A stretch of 64,000 nt of DNA from Rhodothermales bacterium (GCA_022822185.1 JAJECE010000048.1:7809-71808); one strand, 5' to 3'. Shown: positions 48,201 to 57,752, counted from the first letter of the stretch. Notes: generated from the sequence alone by a model not told the origin. A program made the numbers and translations.

Positions 48201-49244
48201 TCATCGTTCGTTACGATTCTGTATGACAGTGTCCACGAACTCCAACACCGCTGAGCATGTTTTTTCCCATTCTTTACTATTCTTGAAGGACAGCGAGTGG
48301 CCGCCGTGCGGCCATTCCCTGAGATCGACTGACTCACCAAGTCGGCCAAGTGCATCGTCTCCGCCCAACTGCCCGGCTTGCGGCAGTATGCTCACGCTAT
48401 AGATGCCTTCCCCGAGGTAACCGGCCTGCACGCCGAAATAGCCTTTCCAACTCTTTGAACCATTGGGCCCCGGGTCCATAAATCGGAAACTGATCCCTGT
48501 TTTGCCTATCTGTTCCCGTGGGTCCTGCTGTGGTAGACGCTCTCGAATGTCGTTGCACAAACGATCAAAGAACTGTTCGTAGCTGTGCTCTTTCAAGTAG
48601 TGTCGCAAGGCTTGGCGTTGCTCAGCCGCAGTGACGGCACGAGGGCGCATCTGGTTTCCGCCATCTGGGGTCACCTCTATTTGCCGAGCCAATAAGGTCT
48701 CGCCATCCCGACAGTATCCATGAAAGGTGATGACCGAGAGTTCAACTGCTCCTGCTGACACGAATTGCGCCATTCGTTCGGTGGCTTCATCAATGCCAAA
48801 ACCGACCAAGGCCATCCGCGGCGGTAACAAGCGGGACAGATCATCATCTCCGAACATGTCGGCGTACCACTGTTCGAAGTTCTCAATTCGCGGAATACCA
48901 GCTTCCCCCGAGCGATTCGAGATGTGTTTGGCAACTTGTGCCGGGGTCATGGAATTCAGTGCCGAAGCATAATCCAGGATCTGCGTCACGGCATCCCGTG
49001 CGAGGTTGCCACGCTTTAGTTCGTAGACTACCAGACGTCCGTCGCCGTCAACCGCAAGCAAATCCAACCATCCTCCAGCGGTTGGTGTCTGTCGCCCAAC
49101 CAACTGTAGCCCAGGCTCAAGCATTTCTGGATTGGAAACCAGAACGTTCTCAAACTCCCATTCGGTAGGCATCTGTGAGAGCTTTGGAACGAATTCGATT
49201 CTGTTTGATCCGTCTACAGCCCACAACTTGAGTTCCTGAATCAT
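48201..49244 (-). CDS. NucS/DUF91-like PD-(D/E)xK nuclease-domain protein with uncharacterised C-terminal half
   Basis: 347 aa. LVSNPEMLEPGLQLVGRQTPTAGGWLDLLAVDGDGRLVVYELKRGNLARDAVTQILDYA is the D...E-x-K core plus following helix typical of the NucS C-terminal/DUF91 fold. Confidence 0.55.
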   Translation of the reverse strand: MIQELKLWAVDGSNRIEFVPKLSQMPTEWEFENVLVSNPEMLEPGLQLVGRQTPTAGGWLDLLAVDGDGRLVVYELKRGNLARDAVTQILDYASALNSMTPAQVAKHISNRSGEAGIPRIENFEQWYADMFGDDDLSRLLPPRMALVGFGIDEATERMAQFVSAGAVELSVITFHGYCRDGETLLARQIEVTPDGGNQMRPRAVTAAEQRQALRHYLKEHSYEQFFDRLCNDIRERLPQQDPREQIGKTGISFRFMDPGPNGSKSWKGYFGVQAGYLGEGIYSVSILPQAGQLGGDDALGRLGESVDLREWPHGGHSLSFKNSKEWEKTCSAVLEFVDTVIQNRNER

Positions 49245-49605
49245 CGCTTGGTAACCCGCTGATAAAGTACTCGTTTCGGTGTCGTGTTTCCAATAATATC
49301 AATTATGCCCGTACTGAATCTCTTTTCCATTGGTTTAAGGATCAAGTGCCACAATATACTTCACCCGTCTGAAAAGATCAGTTGCACCTCCATCAAACTG
49401 TACAACCATAGTGTCAACACACAATTTTTAGAGCCACTAATTCAGTGACCACATAGCCTCGGAGGGGGTTTTGAAATTCATTGCTTAATCTAAGTCGTCA
49501 ACGTTGCCAGGTTGAAAATCTGCCTGATCATGGGTCTATCGGGAGTGGAACCGAACCTCCAAAAAGGTACTATGGTATACAAATTTATAAAATTAGGTAT
49601 CTTTT

Positions 49606-50886
49606 ATGCAAAACTTCCATCGAACACATGTCAAACGCTTGATAGAATTTATATCAGGTACCTCCGACATGCGGCTTATCGCCATTATTGGTCCTCGTCA
49701 GGCTGGCAAAACGACCATTGCACTTCAGGCTCGCCAGAAGTTGGTTGAAGCAGGGTTTACAAGTCAGTACATTGCCATCGACAATCCACATCTAAATCAG
49801 CCGGACTGGCCTGGAGATACAGGCATCTCTGATACCACGCTGATCGAGAAATTTGCGAATTCAAAGACTCTTGTGAACATATGGGAGAGTGCCCGTGAGG
49901 CTTCGCTAAAGTCTCTCCGGGGGCATGTTTTGTTTCTGGATGAAGTTCAACTCATTCCACAGTGGTCAAATTATGTGAAGGGGCTGTGGGACAGAGATCG
50001 TATGGACGGCTATCCCCTCCGCGTGGTAATTCTGGGATCAGCAGTCTGGCAGATGCTTGTTGGCCGTAACGATAGTCTCACGGGTCGTTTCCGTGAGTTA
50101 CCCGTCAGTCACTGGTCATTTAAAGAAATGACCAAGGTATTCGGTCTGACGGCTGAGCAATTTATGTTTTATGGCGGTTATCCTGCCTCCCTGCCCGACG
50201 AATCGGGAAAATCGCTGTTTGATTATTGGCGTGACTATATTGCAAAAACAATTGTGGACTCAGTGATTGGTCGGGACATATTGGGGCTTAAACAGATCAA
50301 GAAACCTGCCCTGATACGCCAATTAATTGACATCGCCCCCCACTACTCTGGCCGAATCATGGCATACAATAAGTTCTTGGGGCTACTTCAAGATAAGGGC
50401 AATGCAACGACGGTTAAACATTACCTGAACCTGCTTTCTAATGCAGGCCTGATTACTACGTTGTCGAGATACACTCCAATGCCACACCTGGGCATCGCCT
50501 CACGCCCCAAGTTTAATGTTCTGAACACGGCACTGATGACGGCACTGTCCGGTTATTCGTTTGAGGAGATACAAATTGACCGGTCTTTTTGGGGCCGTGT
50601 TGTAGAGAGTGCCGTGGGGGCCCATCTATGTAACACGCGGAATACGGCTACCTACATTCATTATTGGCGTGACAAGAATGGCGATTATGAGGTTGATTTT
50701 GTCATCTCACGCGGCCCCCAGCTTGTCGGCGTGGAGGTTAAGAGCAGCAAACAACGGACACACCGTGGATTAGAGGCATTCAAGGATCGTTTTCCGCATG
50801 CCAAAACAATGATCGTGGGCCCAGGTGGCCTTCCGTTCCATGAGTTTTTGTCGTTGAATACCGACGAGTGGATTGAATATCTGTGA
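49606..50886 (+). CDS. AAA+ ATPase (AAA_14-type) with C-terminal DUF4143 nuclease-like domain
   Basis: 426 aa. Walker A IIGPRQAGKTT, Walker B VLFLDEVQ. C-terminal IHYWRDKNGDYEVDFVISRGPQLVGVEVKSSK is restriction-endonuclease-like (D...E-x-K). Confidence 0.85.
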   Translation: MQNFHRTHVKRLIEFISGTSDMRLIAIIGPRQAGKTTIALQARQKLVEAGFTSQYIAIDNPHLNQPDWPGDTGISDTTLIEKFANSKTLVNIWESAREASLKSLRGHVLFLDEVQLIPQWSNYVKGLWDRDRMDGYPLRVVILGSAVWQMLVGRNDSLTGRFRELPVSHWSFKEMTKVFGLTAEQFMFYGGYPASLPDESGKSLFDYWRDYIAKTIVDSVIGRDILGLKQIKKPALIRQLIDIAPHYSGRIMAYNKFLGLLQDKGNATTVKHYLNLLSNAGLITTLSRYTPMPHLGIASRPKFNVLNTALMTALSGYSFEEIQIDRSFWGRVVESAVGAHLCNTRNTATYIHYWRDKNGDYEVDFVISRGPQLVGVEVKSSKQRTHRGLEAFKDRFPHAKTMIVGPGGLPFHEFLSLNTDEWIEYL

Positions 50887-53800
50887 ATCCAATCATGCAG
50901 CGTATATCTCGTACGGTCACACTCCTTGAACCCCAAAATGATCCGCGTTTTGGGAAAGCTGGACTGTCATTGCGAGATTTTGATTCTGATCATGGGTATG
51001 TTCTTCTGGGGGAGCCGGGAATGGGCAAGAGCACAGAGTTTGAATCTGCAATTGATGGATTTGATGGTAGACATTGTATTTCGGCCCGAAGATTTATCCG
51101 GGCCAATTTTGACCGTCACCCAGAATGGCGAACCAAAACAATTTTCATTGACGGGCTTGATGAAATGCGTGTTGGTGGGGGAGATCCAAGAGCAGTATTG
51201 GATAAAATCATTTATGGTATGGAAACATTGGGGATACCTAAATTCCGGTTGTCCTGCCGCTCTGCCAACTGGTTGGGTGCTGGTGACCGGAATGAGCTCA
51301 ATTCGCTTTTAGGCCCAGACAAAATTCCCGTACTCCAATTGGACCCGCTGAATTATGAGGACATTCGGGAGATCGTTTCTCAACGGGAGCAGGATGCAAA
51401 TACGTTCATTCAACAAGCCCATGAGTACGGCATGGATGCCTTACTCGGGAATCCGCAACTGCTTGACTTCTTGATCACATCCGTCAAGGCAAAGGGCTGG
51501 CCTGACAGCCAGTTGAAAATGCTTGAAAATGCATGTCGGGAGCTCGTCCGAGAAAAAAACATTGAGCATCTTGATGCCCAATCATCCAGTTCACTGCAAC
51601 CCCGGGAAGCAATCTTAACTGCAGCCGGAAAGCTTTGTGCGTGCATGCTGATCGCAAACAGGACTGGTTGGGCGGGCAATGATACGGATGACTCCGAGAT
51701 TCTATCTATCCGTGATTTGGAAGGCGACCAAGGTTTCCCCATCCAGGCAGCATTTGATTCAGGGATCTTTGAAGGTTCGCCCAGTTTCAAAGTTCCGATC
51801 CATCGACTTATCGCCGAATTCCTTGGTGCACGCTATCTGCACAAAAAAATCCAGAGAGGCCTAAGCGTCCGGCGTGCTCTCGCCCTTCTCATGGAGCACA
51901 ATGGAATTCTTTTGCCCGATCTAAGAGGACTGGCTGCCTGGCTTGCTGCGCTGAATAATGAGGCGAGAGCAATTCTGATACAGGTCGCTCCAATGACGGT
52001 GGCCTTCCACGGAGATACCAGCAGTTTCAATCCCATTGAGCGAAGTAAACTACTTGCGAAACTGGAACAACAAATCCATTTGAACTCCGACTGGCCTTCC
52101 GCTGCTGCCCTTCGTGCTTTAACCGGCAATGAAGGCATACCAATTATCCAGGATTTAACGAATTCACATGAACGTTCAAAAAACAGGCAAACGCTGGTTT
52201 ATTTGCTCCTTCGGGGATGCTCACAAATGTATCTCGATACGAGCATGTCAGACTGGGAGACCGATCACGAAAGCCTGCTGAATATTGTTCATGATCATAG
52301 TTGGCAATCAAGTGTTCGTTGTGAGGCACTCGGAGCTTTGAGCCGGGTATCTCATCAGATTCCGCAGTGTAGCACTCTATTGAGAGATCTCCTTGAGGAT
52401 GTGCAGGAAAAACGTATATCGGACGAAGAACACGATCTGCGGGGCACATTACTTCATCTTATGTACCCTGACAGACTACGCCCTGCGGAGATATGGGATT
52501 ACCTCGTGGCGGGGCCGGTGACTGCTTATTTGGGTGGTTATCGAAACTTCTTTGCAAGCCTCGTTGATAGGTCAAATGAGAGCGATGTCAAAGAATTACT
52601 CAACTCTCTTTGCGATCGTGCCTCCGAAGCCATTCCAAAATTAGAGGATCAAAAACTTGCAGATGTTGTGCTCCGGCTTCTTGCAAGGGGGTTGGAATTA
52701 TTTGGATGTAAATTGAGTATCCCTGAGTTGTATCAATGGTTTACGCTAGTTGAATTCTACCATAATTCGTTACAACTGTCCTCGGTTCACACTTTAAACT
52801 CAAGTTTTAGCCAGCACGATGAAGCGGACAGTGCAATCCGTAATTGGCTGAATCAGCATAAGCGTATCCAGTACAGTCTTATTGAACTTGGTCTATCCAT
52901 TGAAGAAGCGAGCATTGGGAGCAAAGTTCTTATTGAAACTATAGGATGCAAATTTGTGGGCAGGAATGCGCCAGAAGGATTTCGATTGTGGTGTCTTGAG
53001 CGTGCGGTACAGCTCTGGGACTCAAATCAAAATGTGGCAAGAGAACTCGCATCATGGTCCGTCTCTAATCTGATACAAGTGGGCGGGGAGCCTCCCCTCT
53101 CGGATAAGGAGGTCAGTTCCGTAGTGTCTGGTACGTCTGGATTGGTCAAGTGGAATGATCAACGTCTGAAGGAAAGGGCGAAGTCTGAACTTGAGTTCAG
53201 TGAGATCAGGAAGAAGCAGAAGGAAATCCAAAGTGTCCATCAAAAAGAAAAGCAGGGAAAACTTAAAACTCTTCGCCTACAACAAACTGCATTGGCAAAG
53301 GGGCAGTGCATGCCTGTAATTCTTGATGAACTTGCTCATGTATACTTTGATAATCCCGGCATAAGTGATCATAATCCGAAGACTTGTCTGCGGTCATACT
53401 TTGAAGGAGATGAGGAACTCTTAGAGGCAACGCTGGATGGGTTTCGCAGCCTGCTGGACCGGGATGATCTCCCGGATCTTGGTCAAATTGCCCAGTTCTA
53501 TGAAGATGGTCATCGATCCTATTTTGCACTCCCTTTTCTTGCAGGAATGGAAGAGGCATATAAGGTTAATAAGGATCTGAGCCATCTCTCCGAAACGGGG
53601 ATTCGGCGTGCATTGGGATTTTATCTGACTACAGACTCTCCTCGTCAGCACTACTATCATTTAATCAATTATATGGGCGGTGACAGCACATCTCCCGCAT
53701 GGTATAAGCAGGCATTAAAGCACTATCCAGAGGCTGTGGCTGATTCGTTGGTTTCTGTGCACAACGCAACGGTTCGCTCCAAAAACCCGCCGAGTGTCCA

Positions 53801-55097
53801 CATGCATGAGATGGTCTATGACCGGGCCTACGCTGATGTGGCAAAACTTGCGGTGTCCCGAATGTTTACCGTATTCCCGTCCAGATGCAATGCACGTAAG
53901 CTGGAATCTCTGAGTTTGGTCATTTGGAGTGCGATTCGGAACAACGGAATGTCTAAAAAAGAATTGCGGAGTATTATTTCAAAACGACTCAATCGTAAGC
54001 GGATGGATATAGGCCAACAAGCCCAATGGCTAGGTGCAGGACTATTCGTCGACAGAGACATCTATATTCCAATGCTGATCGACTTTCTCTCTACAGGAGA
54101 GGAAGTTCGTATGCACCATGTTATTCATTTTCTCGTTCCTACGAACTATAAACTGCTTACTCCGCAAAACATCAGTGAATGGAATTCTGATGAGATTCGC
54201 CAGCTTATCCAAACATTCGGGAGACGAATGTACCCGCCTATTTCTCAAGAACGTGCAGGTATTGTTAGGGGTGAGCAGAGAATCAGAATGGAATTTCAGT
54301 TTCTCCTTACACACTGGCTCGGAGAACTAAAAAAACGTACATGTGATGATGCAAGGAAGAATCTGGATATGCTGGTATCCGATCCTAGTCTATCGGTATG
54401 GAAGCAAGAGATTGTACTCGCTCAGGAAGAACAAGCAAAACATCGCCGTACGGCAAAACATTCGGATCTAAGCTTAGAGAAAATTCAGAAAACACTGAAT
54501 TGTGGCTTCCCAGCAAATGCTGCAGACGTTGTAGGCCTGACGCTTGATGCCCTTGAAAAGTTGGCAGGCGATATACGTAATGGTCCAGCCAGTGCATGGC
54601 GTCAGTACTGGGACTGGCACCAGAATCCTCGTATTCCCTCAAACCCAAAGCCCGAAAACGACTGCCGGGATCTATTACTTTCGGCCTTAGCAGCGATGCT
54701 TGAAAGATATCAAGTTGATGCACAGCCGGAGGGTCGCTACGCAGATGAACGAAGGGCGGATATCCGAATATCGTACGGCTCCGATCTAGCGATCCCAATT
54801 GAAATCAAGAGAAATTTAAGCATAGATTTGTGGCGCGGCATCTCTGAGCAACTTGTACCAAAATACACAGGAGATCCAAAGTCTCATGGCTATGGAATTT
54901 ATCTGGTGTTCTGGTTTGGAGCAGACTACATGAAGATTGGGGCCCCAGATGGAGGGATTCCCGAAGAAGTAATAGAACTAAAGGATTCACTGGAAAAGCG
55001 AGTTGATCCAAAACTTCGCAAAAGAATCCATGTCGTGATCATTGATGTGGCTCCGTCTGGAAGATTTGCGGAGAATCAGCCATCAAAGAATTGCTAG
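50883..55097 (+). CDS. Giant NACHT/STAND P-loop NTPase with long helical middle region and C-terminal PD-(D/E)xK nuclease-like domain
   Basis: 1404 aa. The GTG at 50883 overlaps the upstream stop codon (GTGA); the alternative ATG is at 50895. Walker A GEPGMGKST (aa 43-51). NACHT-type Walker B TIFIDGLDE (aa 86-94). HEAT-like and coiled-coil segments. C-terminal RADIRISYGSDLAIPIEIKR (D1293, E1307, K1309) followed by GYGIYLVFWFG. Confidence 0.7.
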   Translation: MNPIMQRISRTVTLLEPQNDPRFGKAGLSLRDFDSDHGYVLLGEPGMGKSTEFESAIDGFDGRHCISARRFIRANFDRHPEWRTKTIFIDGLDEMRVGGGDPRAVLDKIIYGMETLGIPKFRLSCRSANWLGAGDRNELNSLLGPDKIPVLQLDPLNYEDIREIVSQREQDANTFIQQAHEYGMDALLGNPQLLDFLITSVKAKGWPDSQLKMLENACRELVREKNIEHLDAQSSSSLQPREAILTAAGKLCACMLIANRTGWAGNDTDDSEILSIRDLEGDQGFPIQAAFDSGIFEGSPSFKVPIHRLIAEFLGARYLHKKIQRGLSVRRALALLMEHNGILLPDLRGLAAWLAALNNEARAILIQVAPMTVAFHGDTSSFNPIERSKLLAKLEQQIHLNSDWPSAAALRALTGNEGIPIIQDLTNSHERSKNRQTLVYLLLRGCSQMYLDTSMSDWETDHESLLNIVHDHSWQSSVRCEALGALSRVSHQIPQCSTLLRDLLEDVQEKRISDEEHDLRGTLLHLMYPDRLRPAEIWDYLVAGPVTAYLGGYRNFFASLVDRSNESDVKELLNSLCDRASEAIPKLEDQKLADVVLRLLARGLELFGCKLSIPELYQWFTLVEFYHNSLQLSSVHTLNSSFSQHDEADSAIRNWLNQHKRIQYSLIELGLSIEEASIGSKVLIETIGCKFVGRNAPEGFRLWCLERAVQLWDSNQNVARELASWSVSNLIQVGGEPPLSDKEVSSVVSGTSGLVKWNDQRLKERAKSELEFSEIRKKQKEIQSVHQKEKQGKLKTLRLQQTALAKGQCMPVILDELAHVYFDNPGISDHNPKTCLRSYFEGDEELLEATLDGFRSLLDRDDLPDLGQIAQFYEDGHRSYFALPFLAGMEEAYKVNKDLSHLSETGIRRALGFYLTTDSPRQHYYHLINYMGGDSTSPAWYKQALKHYPEAVADSLVSVHNATVRSKNPPSVHMHEMVYDRAYADVAKLAVSRMFTVFPSRCNARKLESLSLVIWSAIRNNGMSKKELRSIISKRLNRKRMDIGQQAQWLGAGLFVDRDIYIPMLIDFLSTGEEVRMHHVIHFLVPTNYKLLTPQNISEWNSDEIRQLIQTFGRRMYPPISQERAGIVRGEQRIRMEFQFLLTHWLGELKKRTCDDARKNLDMLVSDPSLSVWKQEIVLAQEEQAKHRRTAKHSDLSLEKIQKTLNCGFPANAADVVGLTLDALEKLAGDIRNGPASAWRQYWDWHQNPRIPSNPKPENDCRDLLLSALAAMLERYQVDAQPEGRYADERRADIRISYGSDLAIPIEIKRNLSIDLWRGISEQLVPKYTGDPKSHGYGIYLVFWFGADYMKIGAPDGGIPEEVIELKDSLEKRVDPKLRKRIHVVIIDVAPSGRFAENQPSKNC

Positions 55098-57582
55098 TCT
55101 CAGACAAAACTGGGGGTATAGGCCCCGGCGACACTAAGCATTGACTAAAACAATCCAAAAGGGATAAACACGCTCAACGAAGGCCGGGGCATAAACACCC
55201 CAGCGGCGTTTATTCTAAGGTGTAGCCAATCGGTTCAATGCCTCGGTGAAGTCTGGTGCGTATTCAGATGAATGCACAGATGGGACATAAACCCCGGCGA
55301 CACTCCTGGGTGCAGGAACAACCTGCGCTACGCAAACAGCCGCTCAACGAAGGCCGGGGCATAAACCCCGGCGACACGCGCATCCTCGGTCAGATTCCGG
55401 GCCCAGCCGTTTTCCGCTCAACGAAGGCCGGGGCATAAACCCCGGCGACACTAGGCCTGTACGGGCCTGTAGAGATGCTGTAGGCCTCGCTCAACGAAGG
55501 CCGGGGCATAAACCCCGGCGACACTGGTGAACCACACTGAGAGACCGTTAGACTATGACGCGCTCAACGAAGGCCGGGGCATAAACCCCGGCGACACCCC
55601 CGTGCCGCTGCGGCAACGTACACTCGCGCCAGGCGCGCTCAACGAAGGCCGGGGCATAAACCCCGGCGACACAATAAGGCACGAAAGCAGAAGGATGAGT
55701 AAGGTCATCGCTCAACGAAGGCCGGGGCATAAACCCCGGCGACACCAGCGGCCTGTAGCGGCCTGTAGGACTCTACCACACTCGCTCAACGAAGGCCGGG
55801 GCATAAACCCCGGCGACACAACAATGCCCACAGGGCACCATACACAATGAAAGACGCTCAACGAAGGCCGGGGCATAAACCCCGGCGACACCTTCCGGCA
55901 GTCTATGATTTCCCTGGTTATAAGGTCGCTCAACGAAGGCCGGGGCATAAACCCCGGCGACACTACACGGATCGGTTCAACACACAGCAGGGAGTTTGCA
56001 TCGCTCAACGAAGGCCGGGGCATAAACCCCGGCGACACGAGGGGTTGCAGGCAGAGTCAGAGAGACTGGCAGTAGACGCTCAACGAAGGCCGGGGCATAA
56101 ACCCCGGCGACACTTCCCTTTGGATGTCCACTCCATAACCTGCTTTGAGCGCTCAACGAAGGCCGGGGCATAAACCCCGGCGACACATTCCTTCTGCATA
56201 ATCAACAACCGAATGATTTTAGCGCTCAACGAAGGCCGGGGCATAAACCCCGGCGACACCCAAGAATTTCGACCTGCCTAGCCACATTAGGAGGAACGCT
56301 CAACGAAGGCCGGGGCATAAACCCCGGCGACACCCATTTCGGTGATTCCGAGAAGCAGCGCATTGTTGGCGCTCAACGAAGGCCGGGGCATAAACCCCGG
56401 CGACACCGGGATTGTGCGAAAATCCAGGTTGCGAAAGCGCCCGCTCAACGAAGGCCGGGGCATAAACCCCGGCGACACGCCCACGCTTCCGGATCGTCAA
56501 CATGAGCAACCTCAATCGCTCAACGAAGGCCGGGGCATAAACCCCGGCGACACACCAACCGCCCAGAGGGGCACCAAACACATGACACGCCGCTCAACGA
56601 AGGCCGGGGCATAAACCCCGGCGACACTCCGTAGTCGTCTTCAAATGCATCGCAGTACTGCGTCGCTCAACGAAGGCCGGGGCATAAACCCCGGCGACAC
56701 GTCATCTGCAGACGATTACAAGCAGCAGGTGAACACGCTCAACGAAGGCCGGGGCATAAACCCCGGCGACACCGGAAGTACTGCACAAACCGCACGGTGG
56801 ATGTCAGGACGCTCAACGAAGGCCGGGGCATAAACCCCGGCGACACCCGCTTGTGCGCCCAATGTGGTCGACTGCATGTCGCCCGCTCAACGAAGGCCGG
56901 GGCATAAACCCCGGCGACACACCCAGAGCTCACGCCCAAGTTCTACGGTCCTAGTCACGCGCTCAACGAAGGCCGGGGCATAAACCCCGGCGACACTCGC
57001 TCATCGGCAAGAAATTGATGTTTACCGCAAACACGCTCAACGAAGGCCGGGGCATAAACCCCGGCGACACGGCTTGGTAGGGCTTGGTAGGGCGCTGTAG
57101 GGCGCTCGCTCAACGAAGGCCGGGGCATAAACCCCGGCGACACCTATTCAAGCCCTGGGAGTCATTAATTCGGATCCGGCGCTCAACGAAGGCCGGGGCA
57201 TAAACCCCGGCGACACTTCCGTCTAAGATCATGGGGGATAAATTCTCAGTGTACGCTCAACGAAGGCCGGGGCATAAACCCCGGCGACACATCCTGGGCA
57301 TGATGAGAAACTGCCCGCTTAGACACCGCTCAACGAAGGCCGGGGCATAAACCCCGGCGACACTGGACAAACTCCAGCGTTTCCGCCGTTTCTTTGCCTC
57401 GCTCAACGAAGGCCGGGGCATAAACCCCGGCGACACCCGGATTAGTCTCCTTCACCAGCGCCATTGATGCTCGCTCAACGAAGGCCGGGGCATAAACCCC
57501 GGCGACACAGCCTGAGTTCCTTCGGGCAATCTGCAATTATGGGTACGCTCAACGAAGGCCGGGGCATAAACCCCGGCGACAC
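55098..57582 (-). CRISPR. CRISPR array: 31 intact 37-bp repeats, 30 spacers of 35-39 bp, plus 3 degenerate trailer repeats
   Basis: Plus-strand repeat CGCTCAACGAAGGCCGGGGCATAAACCCCGGCGACAC. Minus-strand repeat GTGTCGCCGGGGTTTATGCCCCGGCCTTCGTTGAGCG with internal stem GCCGGGG/CCCCGGC. Intact copies run from 55341 to 57582 at a 72-76 bp period. Degenerate copies lie at 55098-55134, 55171-55207 and 55267-55303. Orientation is inferred from the cas2-proximal AT-rich leader and from repeat decay at the far end. Confidence 0.97.
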
Positions 57583-57752
57583 CCCTAAATGTACGATAAA
57601 GACCATTTTAAGGAGATAATGCATGTAGTTTGAGAAATTATGCGGCTTATGATTGCCGTTATTCTGTCAGCAGGCATACTAAAAGGAGAAATATACCATA
57701 CATGGCCACAGTTTAACAATCAATTGCAGGGATCACCGGAGGTTCGCAAAAT
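57583..57752 (-). promoter_or_regulatory. CRISPR leader
   Basis: 170-bp AT-rich non-coding stretch between the cas2 stop codon (57753) and the first intact repeat (57582). The opposite end of the array carries the degenerate repeats. Confidence 0.6.

Noticed and set aside
55256-57536. About a dozen 60-108 aa ORFs on both strands with recurring peptides (NEGRGINPGDT, AQRRPGHKPRRH, VAGVYAPAFVER, SPGFMPRPSLS).
   Set aside because: They are translations of the 37-bp CRISPR repeat in different frames, read through spacers. The periodicity equals the repeat-spacer unit, so they are not genes.
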